Source: Octopus bimaculoides (Eukaryota). Taken from it: a DNA stretch of 40,554 nt. The DNA lies in assembly GCF_001194135.2 (NCBI RefSeq), contig NC_069004.1, positions 27,811,779 through 27,852,332 on the forward strand, read 5' to 3'. Position 1 is the first letter of the stretch, and every line of letters begins with the position of its first letter. Below are positions 23,255 to 36,394 of the stretch, in pieces. The notes below the pieces were generated by a model that did not search any database, was not told the origin of the DNA, and was given only the letters and a program-made list of their open reading frames with translations. The position numbers were made by a program, and so were the translations under genes.

Positions 23255-23948
23255 TCCCAACTATGTGGTCTTAGGTTCAGTCCCACCATGTAGCACCTTG
23301 GTCGAGTTTCTTCTACTACAGACCCTGGACAATCAAAGCCTTGTGATTGGATATGTCTGTGCATACCCCTGTCTTGACAATGTGATGGTTGTAAATTAGC
23401 ATCATTGTCATCCAGTTGATGTCGTTCATTTCCAGTCTTCCATGAAAAACATATCTGGTCATTGAGGATTGACAACATGAAGGGCATCAGGCCATAGAAA
23501 ATCTGCCTCAACAAGTAATTCTGTCTGATTCTTGCAAGCAAGGAAAAGTGGATGTTTGCTTCCCAACCATACAATTCTATGTTCAGTCCCACTGTGTGAC
23601 ACCTTTCCTGAGTTTCTTCCTCTATAGCCATTAGCCAACCAAAGCCTTCTGACGGGATGGCATACAGAAACGGGAAGAAACGCGTCACATATGTGTGTGT
23701 GTGTTTGTACATGTGTGTGTGTATATATGTGTGTGTGTATATGTATATACGAATATGTGTATGTTTTTGTGTATGTATGTATATATGTGTATGTTTCTGT
23801 GCGTATATGTGTATATATGTTTTTGCATTTGTGTATGTATGTATATGTGTATGTAATATGTATGTTTGTATGTATATATATATATATATATATGAGTATA
23901 TATATGTATGTATATATATGTGTGTGTGTATATATGTATATGTGTGTG

Positions 23949-23981
<33 letters not shown>

Positions 23982-24100
23982 ATGTGCCAGATTTTATTTT
24001 TGAAAAGACAAGTACTATTTGTTCAACTATTTGTTCAACTAAGACCCATCAAGGCACCCCCCCCCCCAGCACGACCCCAGTCCAATGACTGAAACAAACA
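23255..24100 (+). mobile_element. SINE A-E (23255-23545), then SINE A with an expanded internal microsatellite and B tail remnant (23545-24100)
   Basis: Two A heads (ggttcagtcccac) and a ~300-nt TA/TG tract at 23690-23985. Confidence 0.65.
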
Positions 24101-24969
24101 ATATATATATATATATGTATATATATATACACATGTACAGATATGCAAACAGGAAAAATAGAACTGAAAATATGAGTATATGTATGTTTTTATTAATAGA
24201 AGCAACAGAGTGATTCAAGAACTGAGAATTTCGTGCATTGGCACTTACCAAAATATATACATACATATATACACCAACCCACATATATATATACATACAT
24301 ATATACACCCACCCACATATATATATATACATACACATATAGAGAGAGAGTGAGAGAGAGAGAGAGAGACTTGCATATATGCATGCATAGAAAGTACATT
24401 TTCCTTTTCTTTAACAAATAAATAATCCATTGTAGTATTCTTTATAAAAGACATTTTTTTTATTTTATATTTCTTCATTCTGCATATCTAACAACAGACT
24501 TCCCTTTTTCTCTTTCCCAATTTCATGATGAGCAGATTCAAAATACAAAAACGATTTTTTTCCTATTCAATAATATGCAATTGTCCAAGTTTTACAGAAT
24601 TCATTAACGCCAGTAAGGAAAACGAAAGAATAATGTCACAATCTCATTTTTTCCTTTAATCCATGGATTCCTATGTATTATCTTTTGAAAGTACATCATT
24701 ATTACTCTGTCTCCATTTGCAGAGTAAGCTGGGAAAATAGAAACCACTCCCATTTTACAACTTAATAAGTTGTTGTGACAACAGATCTAACGTTCTGAAT
24801 ATAATAATATGTAAATAGCAGTTTGCAGATATCAGCATGCGTGATGTAAGCACGCCATGTATTCACCTCTTCAACAAGACACCTGCTCCTTGTCTCTCTA
24901 TCATAGTTTCTCATCCTTCCATTCTATACCCCACTCGGATGCGGAGTCTTATCTTACTTGTACTTGTTG

Positions 24970-25150
24970 CCCTCACATAAAAAAGCACCCAGTACACTCT
25001 GTTATGTGGTTGGTGCTAGGAAGAGCATCCAGCAGTAGAAACCATGCTAATGTAGACAGAAAATTTGATGCAGCCCTCTGGCTCATTTGTTCTTATTGAA
25101 CCATGCATCCTATGCTAGCATGGAAAAGTAACATTAAATGATGATGATGA
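24970..25150 (+). mobile_element. RTE 3' UTR fragment (family D)
   Basis: aaaaagcacccagtacactctg...ggttggtgctaggaagagcatccagc...gcatggaaaag...(GAT)n. Confidence 0.75.
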
Positions 25151-25200
25151 AGTTATAAACAAAACCTCAATCTCTTGTTTAATTCATTTGTGTAAAGTAG

Positions 25201-25248
25201 CTTTGGCTGAGGAGACACAATGAGGCTGAAACACTGGATGTCCCAAAG
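25201..25248 (+). ncRNA. Minimal type I hammerhead ribozyme motif with a partly decayed stem II
   Basis: cuuugg-CUGAGGA-gac acaaugag gcu-GAA-acacuggaugu-C-ccaaag: 6-bp stem I, intact core, 3-bp stem III and GUC cleavage triplet. Confidence 0.55.
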
Positions 25249-25417
25249 ACTCCTTATGCTAATATATCGAGTGTGTTATGAACATGCATTTGTCTGAGAG
25301 CTGTTGTTTTCCAATGATGACACACCGATTAGCATATTGCAGTTCAAATCTGCTGGAATGTATTAACAATGAATGTTTTCGGTTTCACTGATGCTTGCAA
25401 GAGTACCATGGAACCTC

Positions 25418-25650
25418 TTAAAACCTTTAGCATTTAAGCCAACCATATTGTCACGCAAATTTTCTAGCAGTTCTGTTTCAGACTGGCCAGATCTGGCCTC
25501 TCACTCCTACCATACTGTATCATTCATAAAAATAAACAGTCACATCTTTGAAATCTTGAAGCTATGAGATAATGCATGATTAATTCAAAACACTATGAAT
25601 AATAAATAAGCATCAAATTTAAGAGAGTAATCTTTATGCTAAAGGGTTAA
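25418..25650. mobile_element. piggyBac-like MITE
   Basis: Ends ttaa(a)acctttagcat and atgctaaagggttaa are inverted repeats with TTAA flanks. A related internal sequence recurs at ~28400-28620. Confidence 0.65.
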
Positions 25651-26132
25651 AGACTTTGAAACAAAGTGTCACCAGCATCAGAAGAATAAGATTATCTTTT
25701 GGGGCAACTCAGAAAATTATTGGTTTACCAAGACTTCAGACTATGCTTGCCATTAATCTATTCCTGCTATATTGATATATCTAGTCCCTGTTTCTCTCAG
25801 ATATACTCAAAGAAAAGGAATATTTTCAGTGTTATTTTATTTTCAGTAGCTGAACATCGTTTTATCCTTTCAACTATTATCAATGTCACTTTCCATTAGC
25901 TACATTTTATATTTTTATGTAACGCATAACTACTTCATGTAGAGTTTCAGAAAACATTTTATATTATATTAGGTAATATAATGTAATACACACACACATT
26001 TATGTGTATGTATTTTTATGTATATGTGTATGTATTCACATATATATATGTATATGTACACATGTACATACATACATACACACCAACACCCTTATGTATG
26101 TAGGGATATGTGTTATGTGTGTGTGCCTTGTG

Positions 26133-26169
<37 letters not shown>

Positions 26170-26173
<4 letters not shown>

Positions 26174-26329
26174 TAAGTAGGTTATTAACGAACCACATGG
26201 TTCCAGGTTCAGTCCCACTGCATGGCACCTTGGGCAAGTGTCTTCTGTTATAGCCTCGGGCTGACCAAAGCCTTGTGAGTGGATTTGGTAGACAGAAACC
26301 GAAAGAAGCCCGTCGTATATATATATATA
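26170..26329 (+). mobile_element. Well-preserved SINE A head running into an assembly gap
   Basis: Very close to the reverse complement of 2955-3100. Confidence 0.85.
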
Positions 26330-26866
26330 NNNNNNNNNNNNNNNNNNNNNNNNNNNNNNNNNNNNNNNNNNNNNNNNNNNNNNNNNNNNNNNNNNNNNNN
26401 NNNNNNNNNNNNNNNNNNNNNNNNNNNNNNNNNNNNNNNNNNNNNNNNNNNNNNNNNNNNNNNNNNNNNNNNNNNNNNNNNNNNNNNNNNNNNNNNNNNN
26501 NNNNNNNNNNNNNNNNNNNNNNNNNNNNNNNNNNNNNNNNNNNNNNNNNNNNNNNNNNNNNNNNNNNNNNNNNNNNNNNNNNNNNNNNNNNNNNNNNNNN
26601 NNNNNNNNNNNNNNNNNNNNNNNNNNNNNNNNNNNNNNNNNNNNNNNNNNNNNNNNNNNNNNNNNNNNNNNNNNNNNNNNNNNNNNNNNNNNNNNNNNNN
26701 NNNNNNNNNNNNNNNNNNNNNNNNNNNNNNNNNNNNNNNNNNNNNNNNNNNNNNNNNNNNNNNNNNNNNNNNNNNNNNNNNNNNNNNNNNNNNNNNNNNN
26801 NNNNNNNNNNNNNNNNNNNNNNNNNNNNNNNNNNNNNNNNNNNNNNNNNNNNNNNNNNNNNNNNNN

Positions 26867-26920
<54 letters not shown>

Positions 26921-27435
26921 GTGTGTGTGTGTGTGTTTATTATATAAAAATATATTGTTCTCATGCATAACCATTGATATTTTCAATGTACTAAACTTGT
27001 GTGCAACTTTGAAACTAATACCACCTGTTCTTTTGCATCACAAACCGATTCTTCTGTTGTTGGTGCAATAATAATAATAGAGATGGATAAATCTTTTCAT
27101 TTGTAGTCCATTATCTATTTTCTTCACTTCCATTTTAGAATCCCTACTGCTTTATGAATGTCATTCAACAAAATAGGTGTTCTTTATTAACCGAAATACA
27201 CTTTTCTCTTCATATTATTTATCTCTTATCAGCTACAAAACTTTGCTTCAATTAACAACTGTTTAAGATTAAATTTTGTATTTTTCTTGTTCATTTCCTG
27301 ATGTTTTTTTTATATTGTATTGCCTTTTTGTTTTGTTATATTTTTTGTTTTTTCCTTCACTTTTTTTCTGTTCCTTTTATTGTTGCTGCTGTTAAATAAT
27401 TGAATAAAGACCTTATCTGATATAGATCTTTTGTT

Positions 27436-27482
<47 letters not shown>

Positions 27483-28879
27483 ATGCATGTGTGTGTATGT
27501 ATGTGTGTGTGTGTGTGATTTTTATCACTTACATCAAAACATAAAATTATTTTCCAACCCTATCTAGATAGAATCTTAGATTCATTCCATCAGATGAACT
27601 AAGTTAAAAATATAAGAAAGCAGCACCAGTAATATTAATAATGATGATGATGACGACAATAATGGTAATAATAGTCATAATACTAATAATAATAATAATA
27701 ATAATGGTAATAATGAGCAAAAAGGAGAAGAAAACAAAATTCAACTTTGCTTACCTCTTACATCTAAAACAGCTCTTAATAATTCGTTTCTATTTTATTT
27801 CTTCAATTATTGAAAGTTAACTATTATTCTGTGCGTAAGTGTATGCCCACCGGTGTATGTGTGTGTGACACCATGTGTGTGTATGTGTGTGTCTTTGTGT
27901 GCATACAAAGTGCAGCCATATCAGTGAACTTATATGACCACTTCTTCCGAAATGGATTAACATCAAGATAATGTCATAGACTACAGTAATAGCTGCTGTG
28001 TCATATACGTTAGCATTGCAATAGAATTATGATGTGTCTGTTCTTTTATTTTGTTTTTGTTGTGTTAATATGATAAATGTTTAGCCTTCGTTCTGTGGGG
28101 TGGTGTGGGTTATAATTCTTTCATTTAACACCATAACCATCTCTCTTTCTCTCCCCCACCCCCAATAATAGGGGAACGAATTTGAAAATAAAATTGTTTA
28201 TTACCACACATCTACATCTTCACATGCATGTTCACTCACCCACACATGCATAAACACACTCACACATACACATCAACATAAAGTATTAATATACATCCTT
28301 TCCTTTGTCCACAAACAATCTATATAATACTTTGTTGTATTTTCCTCTGCTAATTTTTTTATGAAAAGAATCATGGCTAAGTTGTGAAGCTGCTAATTTA
28401 CACTTTTTAACTTAAAATGTCATGAGTTTAAAACCTGACCAAAATATTCTACTTGTTTATGTTCCCACTGGCCAGATCCAGCCTTTCATATCTACTCTAC
28501 AATGTCATTTTAAAAATATACAATCTCATCATCGAAATTTCAAAGTTACAAGATAATACATGATTGATTCAAAACGATGTCAAAAGATAAGCTTTACGTT
28601 TGACTGAATGATAACAGTCAAAATGAATTGTTAAGTTCCTGGGGCTTTATGTTCAGCTGTGTGATTAAGAAGGTAGCTATGCAATCTTGTGGTTCTTGGT
28701 TTGCCTCTCACTGCAGTAGCTTGGGCAAGAAACTTCTAATTTAGCCTATGATTGCAATGTTTTGTGAGTAAAACTTTGTAGACAGAAGCAATGAAGAAGC
28801 ATGTAATAGCATGGCCACAACCTTAGGGCTGAAACAGGCACAATAGTAAAAGAATATATATATATATATATATATATAT

Positions 28880-29084
28880 CAGTACCGCCAGACTGGCCCT
28901 CATGCCAGTGGCACGTAAAAAGCACCCACTACACTCTCGGAGTGGTTGGCATTAGGAAAGGCATCCAGCTGTAGAAACTCTGCCAGATCAGATTGGAGTT
29001 TGGTGTAGCCATCTGGTTTGCCAGTCCCCAGTCAAATTGTCCAACCCATGCTAGCATGGAAAGCGGACGTTAAATGATGATGAT
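28880..29084 (+). mobile_element. RTE 3' UTR fragment (family D), well preserved
   Basis: Full D motif series and (GAT)n tail. Confidence 0.8.
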
Positions 29085-29719
29085 TGAAGGATGTAAATAT
29101 CAGCCAGGAAATGGTGTTGCTCTTCAAATGAAGACCCTTGTAGTATTTGTTCTGCATTAAGTTTCAGACACTCTCTGTCAGAAACATAGTGAATCAGTAA
29201 TTGGCTAATTCGAAAGTTTTAACCGGCAACATTATTGTCCATTATTTGCAACATAAATAAGTTGAACACCAGCTACTCTACTTCCTTCATTTCATGGTTG
29301 ACTTGTTATTGCTATGAAGAGCATCCATGGCACCCAGCTTTAAATCAATGTTCTTCAGCAATTCAGATCAAGACATAATTCCAAAGAAACTATCTGCATA
29401 TATAAACACAACAAACACAGGCTACTATGTGTGCCTTTACACATTAGTTTGATCTGCTAGTAACAGCAGTCTGATCTCCCTTAAATCATATCTTATTATT
29501 TGAAAAATGAATGACACATTTAAATAATGTATTCCTCTCCCTCCTTCAGTTCTCAACTGTGTTGTTTTGTGTTCAATCTCCCTGTGTGGCAACTTGGACT
29601 TCTAAGGTGCCCTTGGGCCAACCAAAGCCATATGAGTGAATTTCATAGGTGCACATGAGAAGCCCATCTTGTGTACATGTGTGCGAAAGTGCTCCTGTCT
29701 CCTAGACAGGGAAATATAT

Positions 29720-30084
29720 TCTTTTGTTCTTTTACATGTGTCAGTCATTTGACTCTGGCCATGCTGGAGCACTGCCTTAAAGGGTTTTAGTCCAAGAAAT
29801 TGACCCCAGGACTTTTTTTTTTTCTTTAAGCCTAATACTTATTTTACTGGTCTCTTTTGCCAAACTGCTAAGTTATAGGCATGTAAACACACCAACATCA
29901 GTTGTCAAGCAATGGTAGTGGGGACAAACACAGACTCACACACAGATATACACAAAAACCTCACAAGGCTTTGGTTGGCCTGAGGCTATAGTAGAAGACA
30001 CTTGCCCAAAGTGTCATGTTGTGAGACCGAACCCAAAACCATGTGGTTGGGAAGCAAGCTTCTTGCCACATAGCCACTCCTGTG

Positions 30085-30090
<6 letters not shown>
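29720..30090 (-). mobile_element. SINE A-B
   Basis: Colinear with 2722-3111. Confidence 0.8.
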
Positions 30091-30146
<56 letters not shown>

Positions 30147-30444
30147 CATATGGTTCAAAATGATGCAAAAATCAAATGACAGAGATTGGTGAGAGAACAA
30201 CAAACATAGTTTGATGCTCAGGAAAAATAGAAACAGTACTTAACATTTCAAGCCTACACTCTTCTACAAAAAAATGTCTAGATTCACAGGAAGTGAGGTC
30301 ATTCAGGAAAGGTAGCAAAAATTTGAGTAGGTAGGAAGTAGATGAGGGATACAGTGGTTCACTTTATCCCCACTCCACCTGGTTTACCATTGGAACTTTA
30401 TACTTCTGGGATTCTACCATCTGGATTTTACTGGAGATTGTTGT

Positions 30445-30945
30445 TTAATAATTCCTTTCGAGTGTTGGGCCTCACAGAGGCAGTGACCGAGACCTTTGGC
30501 ATTATGTTGTGCTTGAGGAGAAGACCCATCAAGCCAAGCAGAATCACAGTCATGGTAGATACCAGTGTCATGTAAATCGGCACATAAAAGCACCCCAGTG
30601 TCATGCAAATGGCACCCATGCCGGTGGCACATAAAAGCACCCCAGTGTCATGCAAATGGCACCCATGCCGGNNNNNNNNNNCCAGTGTCATGCAAATGGC
30701 ACCCATGCCGGTGGCACATAAAAGCACCCCAGTGTCATGCAAATGGCACCCATGCCGGTGGCACATAAAAGCAAACTCTCTGAGTGGTTGGCGTTAGGAA
30801 GAGCATCCAGCCGTAGAAAACCATGCTAAATCAGACTGGAGTCTGATGCAGCTTTCCAGCATGTCAGCCCATCAAATCATCCAACCCATGCCAGCGTCGA
30901 CAGTGGATGTTAAATAGTGGTGGTGATGATGATGATGATGATGAT
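30445..30945 (+). mobile_element. 5'-truncated RTE LINE: ORF C-terminal remnant, 3' UTR with tandem expansion, (GAT)n tail
   Basis: LGLTEAVT then, in a shifted frame, DLWHYVVLEEKTHQAK, resembling RTE ORF ends; directly followed by the D motifs. Confidence 0.7.
30562..30772. repeat. 47-bp tandem repeat inside the RTE 3' UTR
   Basis: Unit accccagtgtcatgcaaatggcacccatgccggtggcacataaaagc, about 4 copies, interrupted by a 10-N gap. Confidence 0.9.
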
Positions 30946-30952
30946 ATATATT

Positions 30953-31176
30953 CACAAGGGGTTGCTGAAAAGTTCCTGGCTTTGGGTAAAAGAAAATACA
31001 GGAGCATTAGTTAATTATGATTTTATTTAACATATTCCCCTTTCATATTCACATACTTAGTCATTGCAGTAGTCTTTCGGTTTTTCTGAGCCCTGTAAAA
31101 GAACTAGGAAGATTCAGCTTCCACCCAGGCCTTTTGTGATACCCTTATAAGTCAGGAACTCTTCAGCACCTCCTCA

Positions 31177-31178
<2 letters not shown>
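30953..31178. mobile_element. Tc1/mariner-like MITE
   Basis: ~30-bp imperfect TIRs (cacaaggggttgctgaaaagttcctggct / agtcaggaactcttcagcacctcctcatg) resembling mariner-type TACGAGGG ends. Confidence 0.7.
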
Positions 31179-31227
<49 letters not shown>

Positions 31228-31328
31228 NNNNNNNNNNTTGTATGGAAATAATAAAATGTTTATATCTGTTTTGTTAAAATTAAGTTCCTTTCATCTTTTA
31301 TGGTGGATTAATACAATCACCCAATGGC

Positions 31329-31361
<33 letters not shown>

Positions 31362-31648
31362 CGCTGTGACTAAAAATACTTAAGATGGTCATGTCTGGTA
31401 CGCATTTGTTCATAGTTCTGCTTAATCAGAGCTGACCTGGCACTAAGCAACAACAACTCGACACCACACACACTGGCATGCACAACACACATGCCCCTCA
31501 GACAAATTATATCTAAATGAACAACAAGCTTGTTATAAAGTTTTGAATTCAATAGTGTTGAGCAGTTGGTGGTCATGGCAATTGCATACTACAAGAGAAA
31601 AAAATCTGAATTTTTTACTTAATTAAAAGAGAGTACATAGAATAGTAT

Positions 31649-31855
31649 AAGGTGGTGGGTTGGCAGAACTATGAATCAGTAGCACATCCAACAAAATGCT
31701 TAGCAGTATTTCTTCTGGCTCTTTAGGTTCTGAGTTCAAATCCCGCTGAAGTCAACTTTGTCTTTTATTCTTTCAGGGTGAATAAAATCAAGTACCAGTC
31801 ATGTACTGGGCTGAATGTTGTCAACTTGACCCCTCTCTTCAAAGTTGCTGACCTT
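31649..31855 (+). mobile_element. SINE family C, sense orientation
   Basis: aaggtggtgggttggcagaa...aaatgcttagcagtatt...gagttcaaatccc...gtcaactttgtcttttattctttcagggtgaataaaatcaagtacc. Confidence 0.75.
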
Positions 31856-32077
31856 CATCCCTGCAACAGACTGGTATCCCATTTAGGGGCAATGTTGTGA
31901 TTTCAGTCACTTCTATGCCATGGAGACTGGGTAACCGGCCAAATGAGTCCTGACAGGTCTTGTCTTGTGGGTGTTTAGTGACCTCACCAGTGCTCCAGTG
32001 CTCTGTGCAAAGGGGTGAGGTTTTTAGTAATATCAGAGCATTAAATAGTTCATCTAGCATAAACCACTTCCTTAAAT

Positions 32078-32245
32078 CAATTAGTACACTCTGTGATGTG
32101 GTTGGTGTTAGGAAGGGCATCCAGTTGTAGAAACCATTCCAAAGCAAATGTTAGGACTCGGCACAACTTTCTGGGTTATCTGTTCACAGTGAACCATTCA
32201 ACCCATGCCAGCATGGGAAAAGAGATGTGAAATGATGATGAGGAA
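32078..32245 (+). mobile_element. RTE 3' UTR fragment (family D)
   Basis: gtggttggtgttaggaagggcatccag...caacccatgccagcatggg...gatgatga. Confidence 0.75.
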
Positions 32246-33129
32246 TAATATAGGTCCTAATATACATTAGATGGGTTAGTCATGACTGGAACATATTTGA
32301 TCGCAGGTCTGCTTGATGAACTTGCCCGTACTGTTAATGGACTCTGCTTGCTGGTATAGCCTTATTCCTGCTAGTACGTATAAGATACACATGCCCATTT
32401 GTAACATCCACTAACATTTCGTGGTGTAGCTGTTTCTCAGCCTTGTCCCATTCTGTGACATCTCTAGAGAGCTGGAAATAAATGTAATGTGCACATTACT
32501 TCAACCTGGAATCTTACCATATTGGGCAATTAATTTTCTTTCCATTTACTCTCATCAGTCTTGGAAATATTTATCTGTATGCATGTTATTCTTACCTCCA
32601 CATTCAAACAGTGATCAATCACTACTTGAAGGCAATGTCCTACCATTACAAATTACAGTAAAATATCTATGTATATGCACACGCATTCACACACACAAAC
32701 ACACGTTTTCTCTCTCCCTCTTATGCACACACACACACACACACTTACTTTCTCTCTCTCTCTCATACACACATGTACATAAACATATGTATAGATATGC
32801 TGTGTATATTGGACCATGGTTTCATACAGTTCAACTGGCTTAATTCGTGTAAATCTTCATTGAAAACAAACTGAATATATTCAGCAAAATGCAGTTGTTG
32901 TTTCTGCTAAGATTCTCATGTTTCCAATATCATCCTGATGAAAGAAATGAACATTTTTATAACAAGTCATTCCATTTTTAAAACCACATTATATTCTCCA
33001 GAATGGTTTATTTTATATCTATACATTTTCTCTTATTTTGTTTGTTTATTGATCAGACCATGTATATGTACATACACACACACACACACACATATATATG
33101 TATGTGTGTATAAAAAAATTGTAGTTTCC

Positions 33130-33366
33130 TTCTCAAGTCATACCGACTCTTAAAGGGCCAGTTTCCATGGCATATATATTCGCCATTTGGACGGGACACT
33201 GATCCGTTACATGGGTACTCATTTTTGCCAGCTGAGTGGACTGGAGCAATGTGAAATGAAGTGTTTTGCTCAAGGACACAATGTGTCTCCCTGTCCCGGA
33301 AACAAAATCACAATCTTACAACAATCATGAGTCCAATACCCTAACCACTAAGCCACGTGCCTCCAC
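33130..33366 (-). mobile_element. tRNA-headed SINE family F
   Basis: Minus-strand head gtggaggcacgtggcttagtggttaggg..., then gtgtccttgagcaaaacac and ccagtccactcagctgg. Confidence 0.75.
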
Positions 33367-33744
33367 TGTGTGTGTGTGTGTGTGAATGGATACATATATG
33401 TAAGCATGTGTGTGTGTGTGTATGGATGCATGAATGTGTATATGTATATATGTATGTGTTTTTGTATATATGTTTGGGTGTGTATATTTGGTGTATGTGA
33501 AGAGGGGAATTGATTCACACAGACAATGGTTTCTAATGTCTGGCTTATAGATCTCAGCAAATCTGATTCTTAATCTTGTGTTTACACTTGGATTTCAAAG
33601 TCACAGAATATAGATTAGACTCGCTGAATGTTAACTACCCTAGTTAAATCCTGCTCTGATTCCTAGTCGTAGCTATTATACTTCATCCTATACTATACCA
33701 TTATGAAAGTTGTGGGTGTTAGCTGTTTCTACCCCCTACCCCTG

Positions 33745-33792
<48 letters not shown>

Positions 33793-34344
33793 TTTCCTCT
33801 AAACTTATATCTTTGTGCTTATATAATCATCTCTGATATTCTGTTTACACACAAAATTTATTGTTTCAAATACAAGAGGCAGTTAGTTATAGACATTTTT
33901 TTAGCTTAATAGGTTTCAAGACTAGGAAATTCATATAACACATTGTAGAGCATATGGATTAATTCATTCTCTCTGTGTACATATATTTCCAGCCGTGCTA
34001 TGGAACAATTTCAAGATTATAACCCCTCGAGACAACACAGAGGTGGCCAAATGATCACATATTTGACCTACTTAAGTCTCATTCCTTCATTTTTGTTAGA
34101 ATCATGTTTGCTCTCTCAATCAAACTGTTTATACATCATCAATCAATGTTCACAATAAATCAGCTATTGTTGTATCTGTGTAAATTAGAGTACAAGCAAA
34201 CTTACACATTCTCCATTCAGCATGTGTGTGTGTGTGTGTGTGTATTGCACGAAAACAATTTTGAGGTTATAACCTCTGAGAGAGAATATGCAAATCTGAA
34301 AACAGAACGAGACCTAAGTCAAAACCACAATTCTTTATGAGTTA

Positions 34345-34790
34345 AATCTTTAATCATTCATTTGTTTCAGTCGTCATACTGCGGCTATGCTGGGGCACCA
34401 CTCTCAAGGTTTTAGTCAAGCAAATCAGCCCCAGTGCAGTTATATATATGCATGTATGTATGTATGTATGTATGTATGGGGTGAGGTTTACTTATTTTTG
34501 TTTATCCTTTTTTGGCAAACTGCTAAGTTGTAAGCAGGTAAGCAAACCAACATCAATTGTCGAGCAACGCTGGGGGAACAAGCACACACACACACAGGCA
34601 CACACACACATACATACATACATATTTGACAAGCTTCCACAGAGTTTCTATCTATCAAATTCACTCACCTGGCATTGGTCTGCTCGGGACTGTAGTAGAA
34701 GACCTGACACCTACCCAAGGTGCCGTACAGTGTGGTTGAACCGAAAATCACATGGTTACAAAGCAAGTTTTTAAATCAAACATCCCTGCC
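34345..34790 (-). mobile_element. SINE A-B
   Basis: Colinear with 2722-3111. Confidence 0.75.
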
Positions 34791-36394
34791 TCCACTTAGG
34801 TATGCTCTTTCTATGTTGTCTCGAGGTTATCACATCAGAATTGATTAAAAGCAAGAACAGCCGCATATTCTTATTCAGATTTAAATATATATTATTAACT
34901 ATCAACTGCTAAAGTCATATTTCACACTAAAACAATTAGATCACAACTATATATATATATATATCTGCCAGGTACAAATTGCTTATCAATATTTAATGCT
35001 TTTTTTTTTCCTATTGTATATTAATGTGAGATGTAAAGAGAAGACACTGGAATGTATGTATATTTTCAGTGTATATTCCATCATTACCTATATTAAAGAG
35101 CAAAAAGCCTTCGTTATGGTAATAATAATGAAAAGGTGTAAAACTGGTGTTCCAGTAAAGTGTTTTCTACTTACACTACAGTTATCTCTGTTACATTTTT
35201 TTAGCTGCTTAAAAACAAAAATATGTATGAATGTTTAGTCATAAGAATTTTGTTTAGTATTTTAAAATAGTGAAGGAATGGTTGAATTATTTGAACTTAG
35301 TACTTGATTAAAATCACTCTCACAGGAATAAACAGTTCACCTGATGAAGCTTTTTTTTAAAAGTCAACTGCGAAACCCTAACTACATAGATGTATAGCAA
35401 CTAATCATTTTCTTTTTCTTTCACCATCATCATCATCATTAGTCGTTGTCATCACCACCACCACCACCACCACCACCATCATCATTGTCATTATCTTCTT
35501 CATCATCACCTGCTCCATCTACTGAAGAACGAAACAATTATGCAGCAGTTCAGACAGGTGAATTAAAATTTTATAAGTGATAATTTGATGTCAACATGAA
35601 TAATTTCTACAGATTCTTCAGCATAAAACTGCTAACTGGAACTAAGATCTTATGAAGAAGATATCGATATGTGAAGCTGGGCGGATCCATCAAGTCAGTG
35701 TTGCTTCAAACAACAATCAATACGCTATCAATACTGTATCAATGAGACCAATCTATTGAACTAAAATATCAGGTCAAGGTAATTGAAGCTGATGATAATC
35801 TAGAACCTGTCAGAGCCTAGCATCCACCATATCTCCGTGTTGATTATTGTAACAACGATTTCTTTTAAGATGACAAAGGGTCAATTTTGCCAGAAAAGTT
35901 GAAGCCAATTAAATGCAGCTTAGTATCTTTTCTCTTTCTTTAAATCATGGATAAAATACAAAGCAGGAGTGTATAGCTGATCAGTAATGTTTAAAGAAAT
36001 GATTAAATTAGATTTATTAAGGGTTACCCTTAGATTGGACTGGTGAGCTTATGTTTACAATGAAATGAAGCATTGGTGTGGATATAAAGTGGCAAAGTTG
36101 AATAATCACCTCTGCACAATCAATGTTTTTGCTGTAAATCCTACTGACCATATTATATCGGTTTATATATATTTGACCACTAGCAAGAGAATCTCTTTGT
36201 GTTAGCTCAACCTGCTAGAAATGGCAACCAAATCACCTTCAATTTATACTTTATTGTCTTTATACTTTATTGCATGTAGGAAATGTCCTTGGATTTCTTA
36301 TTGTATCACCTAAGCAATGAAGTGAAAGAGGTATTTTTTCTAGAATGTCTTTAGACTTTAATTCTTCTCACTCTGCAACTTGCATCTTAACCAT

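Noticed and set aside
24465-24625. Short protein-like frames (minus GKKSFLYFESAHHEIG..., plus EFINA microexon)
   Set aside because: Acceptors are weak, lengths are within chance expectation and no linked exons were found.
30562-30772. 47-bp repeat as a CRISPR array or coding repeat
   Set aside because: No spacers, unit length not a multiple of 3, and it lies inside an RTE 3' UTR.
35420-35625. Ser/Pro-rich plus-strand exon or Asp/Gly-rich minus-strand terminal exon
   Set aside because: Both readings derive from CAT/CAC trinucleotide tracts common throughout the window; the plus model needs a ~54-nt intron and neither links to supported exons.
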